A DNA stretch of 62,938 bases, filler included, from Olpidium bornovanus S191 (taxonomy: Eukaryota; Fungi; Olpidiomycota): the NCBI GenBank assembly GCA_017911155.1. It is 28 parts of 28 records of this genome, joined end to end, with 100 filler letters (N's around TTAATTAATTAA, not from the genome) between each part and the next. Parts side by side here need not be neighbours in the genome. Positions count along the whole stretch, not along the records: positions 48,908 to 50,244 come from JAEFCI010010044.1; positions 50,345 to 53,080 come from JAEFCI010002199.1; positions 53,181 to 54,724 come from JAEFCI010011589.1; positions 54,825 to 58,455 come from JAEFCI010001872.1; positions 58,556 to 60,257 come from JAEFCI010009831.1; positions 60,358 to 62,938 come from JAEFCI010003840.1; 22 more parts are not named here. The stretch is one strand, 5' to 3'. Made by a program: the position numbers and the translations under genes. A model generated the notes under the pieces. It was given only the letters and a program-made list of their open reading frames with translations, was not told the DNA's origin and ran no database searches. Within the stretch, counting starts at the first letter, position 1. Each line of letters starts with the position of its first letter. Below, in pieces: positions 49,032-61,690 of the stretch.

Positions 49032-50244
49032 CCGGGGGAGCGCAGGGGAAGTGCGGAGGGTGGGGGTGGGGGTGGGGTTTGTGGTGCCAACCAGGGACGT
49101 TGGGGGGAAAGTATGGAAATATCAAAAACCCCGGCCGTTTCCACATTCCTTTTTGTGTGTTATTGATTTGTCCTTGCCCGCTCGTTTGATTTGGGAAAAA
49201 AAAAATTCCAGGTACGACAACGAGGCCCTGAAGCAGCAGGCCCTTTTGTACAACCAGGACTTTCAGATACAGCAGCTGGAGCGGAAAGTCCGGCGAGCTC
49301 AGGTCCGAAAAAATAATAAAAACAAAATAAAATAAAACAGAATAATAATTTCCCGGGGGCGGAATAAAGAAGAAAGAGAGCCGGAAAAAAAAAACGTTCC
49401 GAGGGAGAGAGGTAACATACTACCACCGCGACGGCCGGAAAGCTGACGATCGGAAACCCCCTCCCCGATTTATTTTTTTTTCTCTTCGAAACGACCACAC
49501 CCCCTTCCCCCCCCACGCAACAGGGCGAGCGTTCCGACGAAGAAAAGGAAATGCTAACGAAAAAGATCGAGGACCTCAACTCCCAGCTGGAGGAACAGAC
49601 CCGAAAGTGGCACCTGTTGAACACCCAGCTGAAAAAATCCCAGGATGACATACGGTAAAGTCGGATTTTTTTTCTAAGCCATCCCGTTTTTCACCCCAAT
49701 TCGTTTTCGCCTTTCCGAAACGAAGTTCCCGTTCCTATCCCCCCCTTCCCGGCCTGTCGAAATGGAGAACATAAAAAAACATTCCTCTTCTGACGCTTTC
49801 AATGGGGGATGGGTATCACAAAACAACAACAACAACAACAAAGGCAATCGAAGCGGCGGATGGAAGCCCTGATCAAAGAAAAAGAGCACGTCGCGCAGAG
49901 CATCGACGAGCTGAATATGTACAACACCTCGGCGGCGAACCAGCTGGCGGCGAAGATCCAGGAGAAGGAGGAGCTGACGGTCGAGGAGAACATCCTGCGG
50001 CTGGAGCTGCGGAAGCTGCGGGGCTTCCTGAGCGTGCGGGCGGACGAGGTGTACAGCCTGGAGAACAGGCAGATCCAGCTGGGCCTGGCGCTGGAGGAGC
50101 GGACCCGGGAGATGAACATCCACAAGGAGATGCTGCGGATCCACGTCAAGAACGCCGAGGAGGAGCGCGCGGGCGCGGCCGCCGAGCTGAGGGACCGGGT
50201 GTCCAAGGTCGAGAAGTTGAAGAAGCGGTACGAGATCGTCATGA
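48908..50244 (+). CDS. CCDC39: Axonemal 96-nm ruler subunit CCDC39/FAP59, internal fragment
   Basis: EALKQQALLYNQDFQIQQLERKVRRAQ|GERSDEEKEMLTKKIEDL, IDELNMY, EENILRLELRKLR..RADEVYSLENR..ALEERTREMNIHKEML, RVSKVEKLKKRYEIVM, collinear with CCDC39. Confidence 0.92.
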
Positions 50245-50344
50245 NNNNNNNNNNNNNNNNNNNNNNNNNNNNNNNNNNNNNNNNNNNNTTAATTAATTAA
50301 NNNNNNNNNNNNNNNNNNNNNNNNNNNNNNNNNNNNNNNNNNNN

Positions 50345-52489
50345 CATGCCCTGGAAGGTACGACCGTATGTTTGGGAGGTGTGCGAGAGGGCTTCTTCTT
50401 ACCCACTCGCGGACGCGTGTGAATGTAGCATCTGACTAGTTTTGCGGTTCGGGCAGCCGATGACTACGCGCTTATCCTTGGGATGCCGGGAACGGGGAAA
50501 ACCACGACCATAGCAGTCCTTGTCCGGGAGCTGGTAGCCCGCGGCAAATCCGTCATCCTCACCGCGTACACCCACTCGGCCGTCGACAACATCCTGCTGA
50601 AGCTCAGGAACGCCAACGTCGGATTCCTTCGGCTTGGCAATCCTGACAAGGTGAGCCTGTCCTCTGAGGAGTTGCTCAGCAGGAGTGCACGGCACGTCCG
50701 TAGCAGCGCGTGGGCCGTGGGTAGCTTGGTTTTTCATGCGGACGAACGGCTGCACGCAAAGGTTCTTCCCGCGATCCGGGAGTACACGCCAAACCACGAC
50801 GGGTCCGTAAAAACCGTGCGTCAACTGGAAGAGCTCTACGCGTCGAGACCGGTCGTTGCTACCACCAGCTTGGGTATAGGCCAGTACGTAATTTTGCCGC
50901 GCGGGCCCGCCTGTGACCGGGGGACGCCAGGGGCGAGAAGAGCGACCGTGTCCCGTCACCCCTCGTGATTTCTAACGTCGGCGCCCCTGGCCCCCATCTC
51001 GAAGCCCACTTTTTGCGAAGCGGACCTTTGACTACTGCATAGTGGACGAAGCGTCCCAGATCACCCTCCCAGCATGCCTGGGACCGCTCCGCTTCGCCGA
51101 CACGTTTGTGCTCGTCGGCGACCACTACCAACTTCCGCCGCTGGTGTGTTTAGAGGACGGAATCTGAGGGTCCCCGAGTAAAGAGGGAAACCCGCCCCTT
51201 ATGCCGTGTACTTTTTATTGCGCGCAACTTCCCGGCAAACCGTTTTTCAAGGTCAAAAACCCGCAAGCTGCCGGGTTGTCCATCAGCCTTTTCAAGACTC
51301 TCTCGGACGCCCACCCGAAGGCTGTGCTCAACCTGGAACACCAGTACAGGATGTCAGCTGACATCATGACGGTGTCTAACACACTTGTTTACCGCCAGCG
51401 GCTCAAGTGCGCTTCGCCACAGGTAGCCGGTCAGGCGCTGGTGCTCCCGCATACACCCAGGGGATTAGACTTGCTTCACGACGGGGACGGTATACGCTCG
51501 CCGTGTGACGATGGGCCGGGATGCTGGTTGAGATACCTGCTTGATCCCCGGTATGTCATTATGCGCTGCTGGGCAAAACGGGCTCGTGGTCCTCCCTTTA
51601 TGTCACGGAAATTCCCTGTACAGAGGGATGCAGCACAATATTTTGTCTGACCTCGGGAATATCGCGCTGCACGGCAGACGACGAGTCGTTTTTGTGGATA
51701 CTGACAACGTCCCCGCACCCGAGTCACGGCCTGTTGACTCCATTATCAACGAGGTCGAAGCCGCCGTGGTTCATCACACCGCCGAAGCTCTGGTCGCTTG
51801 CGGCCTCGAGGAAGGTTCCCTGGGGATAATCTCGCCGTACCGCGCGCAGCTGAAGGTCATCTCTTACCTGCTCAGACGGAGGACCGCTATCGAGATCCAC
51901 ACCGTTGACAAGTTCCAGGGCCGCGACAAGGATTGCGTCCTCGTCTCTCTGGTGAGGTCGAACTGCGCGGGACAGGTACGGGAATTCAGGGTTTGGGTCC
52001 ATCAACGTGTCGGACGTCCGCGCGGACCAGGCTGACCGTACTCGGAATCCCGATCGCGGAACTCCTCACAAGGTCGGAGGGTTACTGAGTGATTGGCGAC
52101 GGCTGAACGTCGCCTTCACCAGGGCAAAGCGGAAGCTGATCATATTCGGATCGGGACTGACTCTGCGCGCGACGGAGCACCTCTGCCGCTTTTTGGACCT
52201 CGTCAAGGCGAAGGGATGGGTGAGAATTTTTGGCGGCCGTCCTCCGAGCAGCCATGCTCTTTGCGAGGCTCCCACGGCACCGCAGGCTGATAATGGTCGT
52301 GCGCCCCCTCGCATTGGGGCTGCGGCGGGTTTCCAGGCATACCAACTACCCGCAGACGCCCACCTATTGCACACGATGCCGTCGGCCGGCGCGTCGCTGC
52401 CGGAGAGAACGGCAGCTTCGCGCGCAGCGGGAGCGCCAGTAGAAACGCGAAACCCATCCGCGCAAGGGCGGAGCAAACCCGTGGAATGA
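50345..52489 (+). CDS. DNA2: DNA2 nuclease/helicase, SF1 helicase domain, 5' partial
   Basis: [112 protein letters not shown]. Confidence 0.96.
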
Positions 52490-53024
52490 ATTTGCTTCTA
52501 CGGAAAGTTCGGCGTTGTTTTTTTATTTCGTTACGCGCTGGCCGAAACAATTCGGCTGCCTTTTTCTCGCCGCATCGAAAATTCCGCCTTTTATCCGTAA
52601 TTAAAGTTCGGGCAGAACGGCAGCTTTTGCCTAATCGGACGACCGCCCCGCCCGCCTAAAGACGGCCGCGTCTGTGCGTGCGCGTGTGGGTTGTCGGCTG
52701 GCCGGTTGGTGTGGGCCGCTCCCTCTGGCGGTGGGGTGTTGGGTTTTTCGAAGTGGATCATCGAAATTACCGCCGCGGATGTGCCGCGCGCGTTTCCGCG
52801 AAATGCTGTTTCGCCAAGGCCCGCGAGCTCCCAAGGCGAAAACGGAACCTCCGCAGCGCAAACAAGGCGGAGCGGACGGCGATCTTCTGCCTGAGGCAGG
52901 CATCGCAGGTACTGCCGACTCGCGGGGCCGTCCATTTTTACCTGTTCAGCCGGCACGTTCGTCACGTGGCACATTTTGACAGCTTGGAAAGTGCGTGACG
53001 AACGTGTGTTCAAACGCGGGAACG

Positions 53025-53080
<56 letters not shown>

Positions 53081-53399
53081 NNNNNNNNNNNNNNNNNNNN
53101 NNNNNNNNNNNNNNNNNNNNNNNNTTAATTAATTAANNNNNNNNNNNNNNNNNNNNNNNNNNNNNNNNNNNNNNNNNNNNCCCCCCCCCCAAGAAAAAAC
53201 AAAAAAACTGGCGGTTTCATGAAGAGCGTCGGAAACCCCGAGTACTTCCGGCGAATACAGGAAAAGCCTCACTCCTTTGAAATCCCGCACCTAATGGCAC
53301 CCCAGCATGCAAAGCTGCTTATCACAAAGAAAAAACCCCCCCTCAATTCGTTGAAGACACCGCTTTTCCGCGGAACCAGTGGAATCTTACACCTGAGCG

Positions 53400-53456
<57 letters not shown>

Positions 53457-53555
53457 TCCCCCCCCCCTCCTCCCCCCCCCCCCCCCAAAAAAAAAAACAC
53501 CACTACGCTTCCCGCCCCCGTTTTTGCATCAAAATGATCGCTATCATAGAGCCGG

Positions 53556-53690
53556 GCATACCTTCGCAATGCCACTGCCCAAAAAAGAAAAAGAATATAT
53601 AAACGAAGGCATGAGAATCTTTACGCTCGCAAATGCCACACTGTCCAAAAAAAAAGAAAAGAATATATAAACGAAAGCATTGAGAATCCA
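53556..53690 (-). repeat. Tandem ~66-bp duplication of a polypyrimidine tract + AG + microexon-like segment
   Basis: Minus strand: gattctcaatgctttcgtttatatattcttttcttttttttggacag|tgtggcatttgcgagc|gtaaagattctcatgccttcgtttatatattctttttcttttttgggcag|tggcattgcgaag|gtatgc. Confidence 0.8.
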
Positions 53691-54824
53691 AAGAAGTCGG
53701 AGCAAGCCGGCGGGCGAAAAGTTAGTCTCGAAAAGAAGAGCCCGGGAGTTTCCCGCCGGACATTCTCGAAAGGGCGAAACAGGCGCCGACACGACTTTCG
53801 CCCGCCCCGCGGCGTCTCCGTCGTTTCTTGTCGTTCTGCGAACGAAAAACATCTGATCTCTCCCCGACACGGCGAGCAAAGAGTCCCGAGCCCCGGGTTT
53901 TCTCGTCCGCCCGTCCCGGGCGGGACCGCGTTCGCCACTCCCGGCGGACGCCGGCCGCAAACCCTCGTTTTTTTTTTTTTTTTTTTTGCTCACGGATCAA
54001 ATCCTGGCGCTCGTCGGAAACGCCCCCGCCTGCCTCCTCAGCGCTTGCAGCCGCCCCCCCCCACGCCGGCGAACCCTCGCGCTCTCCCCGCTCGTTCGGA
54101 ACCCCTCGCCAAAACCTGGTCTCCGCCAAGATTTGAACGTCGCCGGCGTGGGGGAAGGGGGGGAGGGCAGCTGCCGAGTTCGACCGTGCCCCCAAGGCAA
54201 CAATTTCGCGACAGCGCGCGCGCGTAACAGGGGGTCTCTTTTTCTCTCTCGCTCTCTCTTTTCCTCTCTCTTAATCAGTTCAACAGCCAGTTTAGCCCCG
54301 TGATGCGCCTTGGGCCACGTGACTGTCAATGAAGCATCTGACGCCGTCTCGCAGCTGCAAACACAACGGCGCGCCGGATGAAAGCAAGGTTCTTCTAAAC
54401 GGAGTTTGTCCGAATCCGGCGTGGCCCGCCCTTCCCACCGTCGTTTACAACAGTTGCTGGATATTCCCCGTAACCGTGCGGGACGGGAGGAGAGGAGGGC
54501 GGGTGGGGGGGGGGGGGGGGGGGGGGGGGGGAAAGAACGCGGGACAGTTGCGCGAGGTGCATGAAAACATTCGATCTCGTTTTGGTGGGGGGAGAGAATG
54601 GGGGGGGGGTGAGAGTGTGAAAAAGAAGCCTAAAAATGCGCACTCTTCCCCCCCCCCACGCCCCCGTTTGACCACACACCCCCCCAGCTCGTGCGGGTCC
54701 GGTGTGAGGCGAAACACCCCCCCANNNNNNNNNNNNNNNNNNNNNNNNNNNNNNNNNNNNNNNNNNNNTTAATTAATTAANNNNNNNNNNNNNNNNNNNN
54801 NNNNNNNNNNNNNNNNNNNNNNNN

Positions 54825-57360
54825 CCGCCGCTGCTGCTGCGGCGACTGCTGGATTGGTCAGCGTCACGGGCGCAGCACCCACCGCATCCCGAGTGGCTTC
54901 TACCAGCGGGAGCGCGCCGTTTTTAGATCGACAGAAAGTCGACGTACACTCGCCACATCGAGAGAGGAGAGTCCCTCCTCGGACGTCGTCGAGTCCGATG
55001 ATACCAACGCGCATTCAGATGGCGTCTGTGGACGACGGTGTTTTCCGGCCACTGCGTGGCCTCAATCGGCGTGACAGCCGGAGCAAGTCGTTCTCCTCCG
55101 GGGACAAGTTCGAGGCCTCTCCTAGTACCGTAACAAATTTGTTTAAAGTTCTGGACAACGAGCTGGAAAGATTCGCTGCCGTCGACCGGCAGAAGGTGGT
55201 CCGCCCTGAAACCGGTGCAGTTGGCCTTCGTCGGAGGGCGTCCCATACCGCGGTTGAGGGGACCGTTAAAATAGGTACCTCAACAGGGAAATCCCCGCAA
55301 CATGCTCAGGAGTTGCCGCCGCCAATCTCCAAAGTACCGCACGTAAACGATACCCACAATGTGTGCCCTCTACATCAAGGCCAGGTCGAGGCGCAATATG
55401 GTTCTTCGCCGCAAAGTGACTCGTCGACACAATCCTCTCTGGCGGGGTCGCTCCCGAGGCCGTCGCTGCCTCCACGACTAGAACGCCAGAACACAGATGG
55501 TTCGTACCATTACTCAGCACGGCGGCGTACGCTCATCCAGGCCAACCCTGGTCTTCCGGCGTCTATGCTCTCCCTCGTGGAAACGTCGTCCGGCATCGAG
55601 AAGCCGGCCCCGGTGGAGACACAGCAGAACCAACAGCACAATGCGCCAGATGTATGCCAGTTGCACGGTCAGGCTCCCAGAGGCGCGGAGAAGTCGACCG
55701 GTACGGATGATTTCGGTTCGCCCCGGATGCCCGGCGGGACGGCACAGTCCTCCTCTGGCGAATCGCCAACTTTACCGGGTACATTGAGTCCCAGTGCGTA
55801 TCTACCGGAGCCACAAAGTAGGGCGGCTGCGCGCAGAAATGTTGACATGAAGTTGGCTGTAATTTGAAAATCCAATATTTACGCTGGATTTTTTTTTTTT
55901 TTTCCGTAGCGTATTTCTCAGATTTCTCCCTGCCGCCGCCGCATATTGATATGTTTTCCAGCGCCTCCGAAGCGTGGCCAGGCGGCGACCGGGCAGCAGC
56001 TGGGTCAGGTCCCCATGGGCAACATCGGGCATTAGCGCAACCGCTGCCTCAGGACGGGAGGTATAACGCCGGACCGTCAACGACGCCCGGGGCCCCAACC
56101 TCCGTCCCGCGCCGAGTGCAATCGCCGAGAAGCGTGCTGTCCGTCCGCGGCAAAAGTCAGACGCCGTTTCTCACTGAGCTTTCGGCTCTTGAGATGTTCA
56201 TCGTGCGCCACCTCGCGGTACTCAGCATGGCTCCGCTCCTCGGCCATCAAATCCCGCTGGAAGAGCTCATGGAGCTGCTGGGCGGGAAAAAACCAAGTCT
56301 CTTCAGCCGGATGATGGCAGGACTGAAGGCCAGCAAACGACCAGGAAAGGCAAAAGGTAACCGAGTTGTCATTCCCTGTTTCGCCCGCTTTTCATCGGGT
56401 TTAGTACACGCGATCGGGTGCTTTTCCCACCGCGAGCTTCGCCGCGCGACGGTTGAGTACGACCAATGGCCCGCGTGAATTTCACTAGGCACCTTCGGCG
56501 TCCCCCTCGAACAACTCGTGGAACGAGGTGTCGATTCCGATCAAGGTCCTGGACCCGGAAGGGTGAGACTCCCCGCCTTCCTCGACGAGTCGTTGGCAGC
56601 GCTCCGCAGCATGGACGTGGGCGTGGAGGGAATTTTCCGCAAGAATGGCAATATCAAGGGCCTGCGGGAAGTGTCCGAGCGCCTCGACCGCGATCCGGGG
56701 TCGGTGGACCTGCGCAAGATGCACCCGGTACAACTCGCCGCCCTCCTCAAGAAGTTCCTAAGGGAGCTTCCGGACCCAGTCCTGACCCACAAGCTGCATC
56801 GTGTCATATTGGCATCACAACGTGAGTTTTTTTTTTAATTACTTCAATGGCGTCCCGGATATCATCGGCTACCACCATAAACGTTAACTCGTTTTGTATT
56901 CTCCTGCTTTCTTGCGAATTCCGAAATCTCGGCAGAGGTCCAAGACGAGGAAGCTCGGCAAAAAGTTCTACATTTTGCCTGCTGTCTCCTCCCGCGCGCT
57001 CATCGGGACACGCTCGAAGCGTTGCTGTGTTTCTTCCGTTGGGTAGCGAGCCACGAGGAGCGATCTAAGATGGGGATCGAGCAGTTGGCTTCGGTGATCG
57101 CGCCAAATATACTACACGGAAAGGGAAAGGATTCGGAGCTGGCGGACAGCCTGGCGGTCGTCGGCATCGTCGAACGCCTTCTGGAAGACGCAGAAGAGTT
57201 CTGCACCGTTCCGGAGGATCTCGCTGCGATACTCAATGAGCACGACTTCGTAGAGTGCTCCGTAGAGAAAAAGTGGCCCGGGGGCCTGATTCGCGTCCCC
57301 TTCGCCCCCTTGCGTACTCTCGCAATACGCGCACCACCCCATTTCCGTCCCCCGCCTTAG
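54825..57360 (+). CDS. LRG1: RhoGAP, fungal Lrg1/Rga1 type, 5' partial
   Basis: FLTELSALEMFIVRHLAVLSMAPLL..LEELMELL precedes FGVPLEQLV..GPGRVRLPAFLD..MDVGVEGIFRKNGNIKGL..VQLAALLKKFLRELPDPVLTHKLH. Long S/P-rich upstream exon at 54825-55850. Confidence 0.9.
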
Positions 57361-57689
57361 TAAGGCCGCATCGCAAAAGGGCATAGAGTAGACAGCCCCC
57401 GGGACACCCTTGAAAGAACATTCTCTTCCCGCCCGCCCCCGCCGCGTCCCGCGGGGGGCCCCCGTCCCGCCCGTCCGCTCGCCAAGGGCGAGCGACAATC
57501 TGGCGCAGAGTGAGGTTTGGCGCGAAGAGGCACGCGGAGGGGGGGGTGGGGGGGGGGGGTTGCGCAGTGGCCACAAGACGGGGGACATCTGCCCCGGAAA
57601 GCTGCAGCAAAGGTCAAGGGCAAAACGGGATCTCCTTCCGCGAGCAACGCCGAGGAGACCAGACCGCCCAGCGAAACCTGCGAAATCTG

Positions 57690-58080
57690 ACGGATTTTCC
57701 GACAGAGGAATTTGACGGGGATTTCTGGAAAAGGATTTTCTATAAAAGGGAATTTCACGAAGTACTTCGAATCCCGAGAAGCCGCTCGGTCCCCGCGGAA
57801 TCTGCAAACCCGCGTGGATCCTTCGGATAATCTCGCGAATCTTACCGAATCCCCCGAAACCCCCGCAAAATCCTGCGAACCCCCCCCCCCGCCCCCCCCC
57901 TTCGTTTCTGACCCGAGACGCGTATCCCTCCGGCCCCTCCCCCCCCCCGCTCCCTCGTTGAATCCGAAATCAGCGAATTCACGGAATCTGCGGAAAGGTC
58001 CCGGCGAATCCGAATCTGAGTACACCCCCCCCTCCCGCGAATCCCCCGCCAATTTCGTGAACCGGCGAATGTCGTAACCC
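57690..58080. repeat. Cryptic GAATC/AAATC satellite with ~10-bp spacing, preceded by an inverted GGATTT block
   Basis: About 20 GAAT(C/T)/AAATC/GGATTT words; AA|TC or AA|CC steps near 57800, 57808, 57819, 57830, 57839, 57849, 57859, 57870 and 57879. Confidence 0.6.
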
Positions 58081-58555
58081 AACCCGAGGTTCCTTTTCGG
58101 CAGCAAAACGCGCCTCGCTTTTCCCAAAAGAAAATAAAAAAAACCAATAAATACCAACGGTGCAGAGCTCCTTGAGGTTTTTTTTTTTTTTTTTTTTGGT
58201 TTTGGCCAGAGCGCGCGTCTGCTGCCGAAGCGGAGCGACATCGGGCAATGCGGAGGAGCTCTGGCAGCCGGTGGTGTTGGACAGGAACTGTAGCACCCGG
58301 GTTGACCACCGGATCGGTCGCGTGGTGAGGTCTTTTCATGGCAGCCCGCGCGGTATGCCGGAATCTTCCGCGTCTTGAGAGGGGGGGGGGAAAGGAGGGG
58401 GCGCGGAGGAAATGCGAAGCCGGGCGGCGTTCGACAACCGGCCACCGCCGCCTCCNNNNNNNNNNNNNNNNNNNNNNNNNNNNNNNNNNNNNNNNNNNNT
58501 TAATTAATTAANNNNNNNNNNNNNNNNNNNNNNNNNNNNNNNNNNNNNNNNNNNN

Positions 58556-60257
58556 ATCTTGTCGGGGTTGCCGGTATGCCGTGAGTGCCCTTTTCTATTT
58601 TGCGTTTTGCTGGAACTCTGCTGTTTTCTTCTGAGTCAGCTCGCGCGTCGCTGGTCGCTGCAGGTGCCGATCATGCTCCAACCACTGGTACTGCAGCTCG
58701 CAGTGCGAGGAAAGCGGCTGGTCATCCCACTGGCGTGAGTGTTGTTCTGGCTGGATCGACGACGCGGGAGAGGCCGAGCGGCTTGCTGTCCGCGCGTACA
58801 GCTTGCTAGACTCTTCCGGTTCACAGAGAGACGAAAAAGGCGATTCGGCGATGTTTGAGCGGCTGCGGCATCACATTCTTGACCACAGCCCCGCGGAACT
58901 CCTGCGCTACTGCTTGACTGCGATGCTTCTTGCCGACGCCCTGGAGCTACCTCCTGGCGAAGAGGTTCGGCTGATTGCAATCGCGGGGCGACTGCGGTGC
59001 AACGGGTTTGCCGTAAGCGTCCGAGAATCGAGCGACGCCTCCCACGGCACCGGAAGCGTCGTGTCGTATGAATTGGCGCGCGTAGGCACTGCCGTGTACC
59101 TTGCGTGCAGCAACCTGAACCATTCGTGTAGCCCAGGGGCTTCCGTAGCGTTCGCTCAACCCACTGAGGGCAACCGTTCGGCGGCGGCCATCACAGTGCG
59201 CACTACCCGGTCTCACGCCCCAGACGAGGAGATTTGCATATCCTATGGTCCCGTCGCTGTCGAGGTCGGCAATCTGCCGGGAAAGTCCCGCTTCGTCGGC
59301 GACGTTTGCGAACGGTTGCGAATTCTTCGGGAAAAGTACTTTTTTGTTTGTACGTGCGTGGCCTGCGCCTCGGCACCTTCCGACAAAGATGCGGACAGGC
59401 CGACGGCGGCCGGGGACGGGCCCGCGTACAGGTGTGTCGACTACTCGAAGGGGATCTCACGTTGCGAGGCCGTGGTTTTTGAAGAGGACTCCCGGTGTCC
59501 CAAGTGCGGAAACCCGGTCGACTTGGAGAAAAGAGCTCAAGTATGGTGTTTGCTCCTTTATGCGCACGACGTAGTTGATTTTTTTTTCTTTGTTTTTGCC
59601 CGGCGTCATTTTTGACGATGGTCTTCGCTTTTTTGCCGCGCAGGCGGACGCGGAAGCACGCTGTTACAAATTTCGGCTGGACACCGCCATGGACAGGCTG
59701 GAGCTGGGAACAGACGAGGCGGCGGCGGCCGAGACGCTCTCCGAACTCGCCGTTCCGTACGCGGAGCGCCTCTCCGCGTTTCACCACCCGAAATACAGCC
59801 TGATCCTCGGCCGGTCCTACGACATCATCGCGAACATCTGCTGCAGGCTGGGCCGGTACCGTCAGGCGGCCCGGTACTGCCAAATGTCAACAGATATTGT
59901 GTCGGCACGCTTCGGCCCGGAGGACGCCCGGACGCTTCAAGAGAGGTTCAAGCTCGTTACCGTGCTGTTTGAAAAGTTGAGTGTTTCAATTTTTTTCGTC
60001 GTCGTTTCGCGAAGCGGCACCCGGGTGCCTTTTTTCTTGCGAGGGCGGCGAAGAGGGGGACCGACGAAATCGCTGACAGAAACGGTGGACCGAAAAAAAA
60101 AAATTGGCCCGCCCGGCTTTTTTTTTTTTTTGTCGTGTTTGCCACAGTGAGACGGCCGATCGGACAGAGCTCGAGAGAACGATCCAGGAACTTGTCCCCT
60201 CGTACGCCCGCGTAATGGGGACGGACGACGGGGTGGTTTCGGAGATGACCGCCATGC
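58556..60257 (+). CDS. SET-domain lysine methyltransferase, SMYD (SMYD4-like) type, partial
   Basis: RLRCNGFAV, VGTAVYLACSNLNHSCSP, EEICISYGP, post-SET LREKYFFVCTCVAC, a further C..C..CPKC and a TPR-like C-terminus. CRGCRY at the contig start may be part of a MYND finger. Confidence 0.85.
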
Positions 60258-60357
60258 NNNNNNNNNNNNNNNNNNNNNNNNNNNNNNNNNNNNNNNNNNN
60301 NTTAATTAATTAANNNNNNNNNNNNNNNNNNNNNNNNNNNNNNNNNNNNNNNNNNNN

Positions 60358-60742
60358 CATGTTTCATATGTTGTTCCTTTTCCTTGATGGAGACGGCCAC
60401 AGACGGCCATACGGAAGGATCATCGAAGGAGAGGACAGGGTCGGGACGGGAGCCGTTGGAGACAACGGATGATCGGCGGGACGGCTTACCGCCCTTCGGC
60501 AGCGCAGGGACTTTCGAGAAACGCAAAGTTAGGTGCCGTTCAGCAACCGTGGCGGATCGGCTGCACCACACGCGCAAACTCACCAGGTGCTTCGGGGGGC
60601 TTGTCCTGGCGCAATTTCTCGGAATCCTTCGGAGCGTCCGACTTGGCGACGGCATCCTCTCCACAAAAAGCGGCCGCAGGTCCGTTTCCGGCCGAAAAAG
60701 CCTTCTTTGCGGCTTCCTCTTTGCGAACTTCCCAGATGTTCA

Positions 60743-60780
<38 letters not shown>

Positions 60781-61595
60781 ACCGGAGGAGGGAGGACCGC
60801 ACGCTGCGCCGGCTTCTCCTCCGAAGGCGACGGGCTGACCGCGGTGGAGGACCTCGAGGTGGTCTTGGTTTCTGGGGATGCTTTGGCGTCAAAGCTTCCT
60901 TGCCGCGAAGGGGTGTGACCCTTCGGCGATGTTGAACTGGGCGACACGGACGTGGAGTAATTCTGCCGGCGCGCGCCCTGCGTTGTAAGCAGGGGTCAAA
61001 GGGCGGACCAAATGCGGTTTAGGGAAAAGAGTTGAGAAAAGTCCAGTTACGAATGGCGAAGTCGACGGAAATGTTACGAGTCCAGTTAGCAAATCCCCAA
61101 GCAAAAATCTCGCAAACGCGCAGAAAATACGTCCGGGTGCGAGTATACCTCGTCGCTTCTATCCTTTTCCCGGCGCTCTCTACGACTCTGGCGCCACTCT
61201 TGGTGCTTGTAGCCCCTGTGGTATCTAGGATTCTTGATCAGCTGGAAGCCGTCCGAGTCGACGTCTTCCGCTGGTTGGCTGGTCACCGGGGAAGAGACGG
61301 CGGATACCGTCGGGGAGTCCGCTGGAGCCGTCGGCGTAGGAGGCAATTCCGAGGTGGATCGGGGCGTCGCGACGGGAGGCGCCGGCGGCGGCGGCTTCTT
61401 GACGTCGGAAGGTCTTCCGGCGTCTTGGCCGGTCGCCTCGGCACCGCTCTTCCTCAAAAGCTGGGCGTAGCTGATGTTCGACTTGACTCCGTTCGACTCG
61501 GCCAACGGCGGCGCCGAAGCCTTGTCAATAACCGTTAGGTCCACAGCGGAGTCACCCTGGCACTGGGCCTTCGCCGGCTCCACGTCCGTGGACAT
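60358..61595 (-). CDS. Probable La-related protein (LARP1/Sro9-like) N-terminal region; La domain not in the contig
   Basis: Low-complexity exons with SYAQLLRK, PAPAVNIWEVRKE and a PAM2w-like FDDPSVWPSV. The call rests on short motifs only. Confidence 0.5.
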
Positions 61596-61596
61596 T

Positions 61597-61690
61597 GTCC
61601 CGACGCACTCCTCCTGTGTTCCGCCACAATCCTTGTGTGCTCCGACACAATCCTCTTGTGTCCCGACGCACTCCTGCGTTCCGACGCCCT
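61597..61690. repeat. 21-bp tandem repeat, about 4.5 degenerate copies
   Basis: cgacgcactcctcctgtgttc / cgccacaatccttgtgtgctc / cgacacaatcctcttgtgtcc / cgacgcactcctgcgttc; reads GTQEECV-like heptads on the minus strand. Confidence 0.85.
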
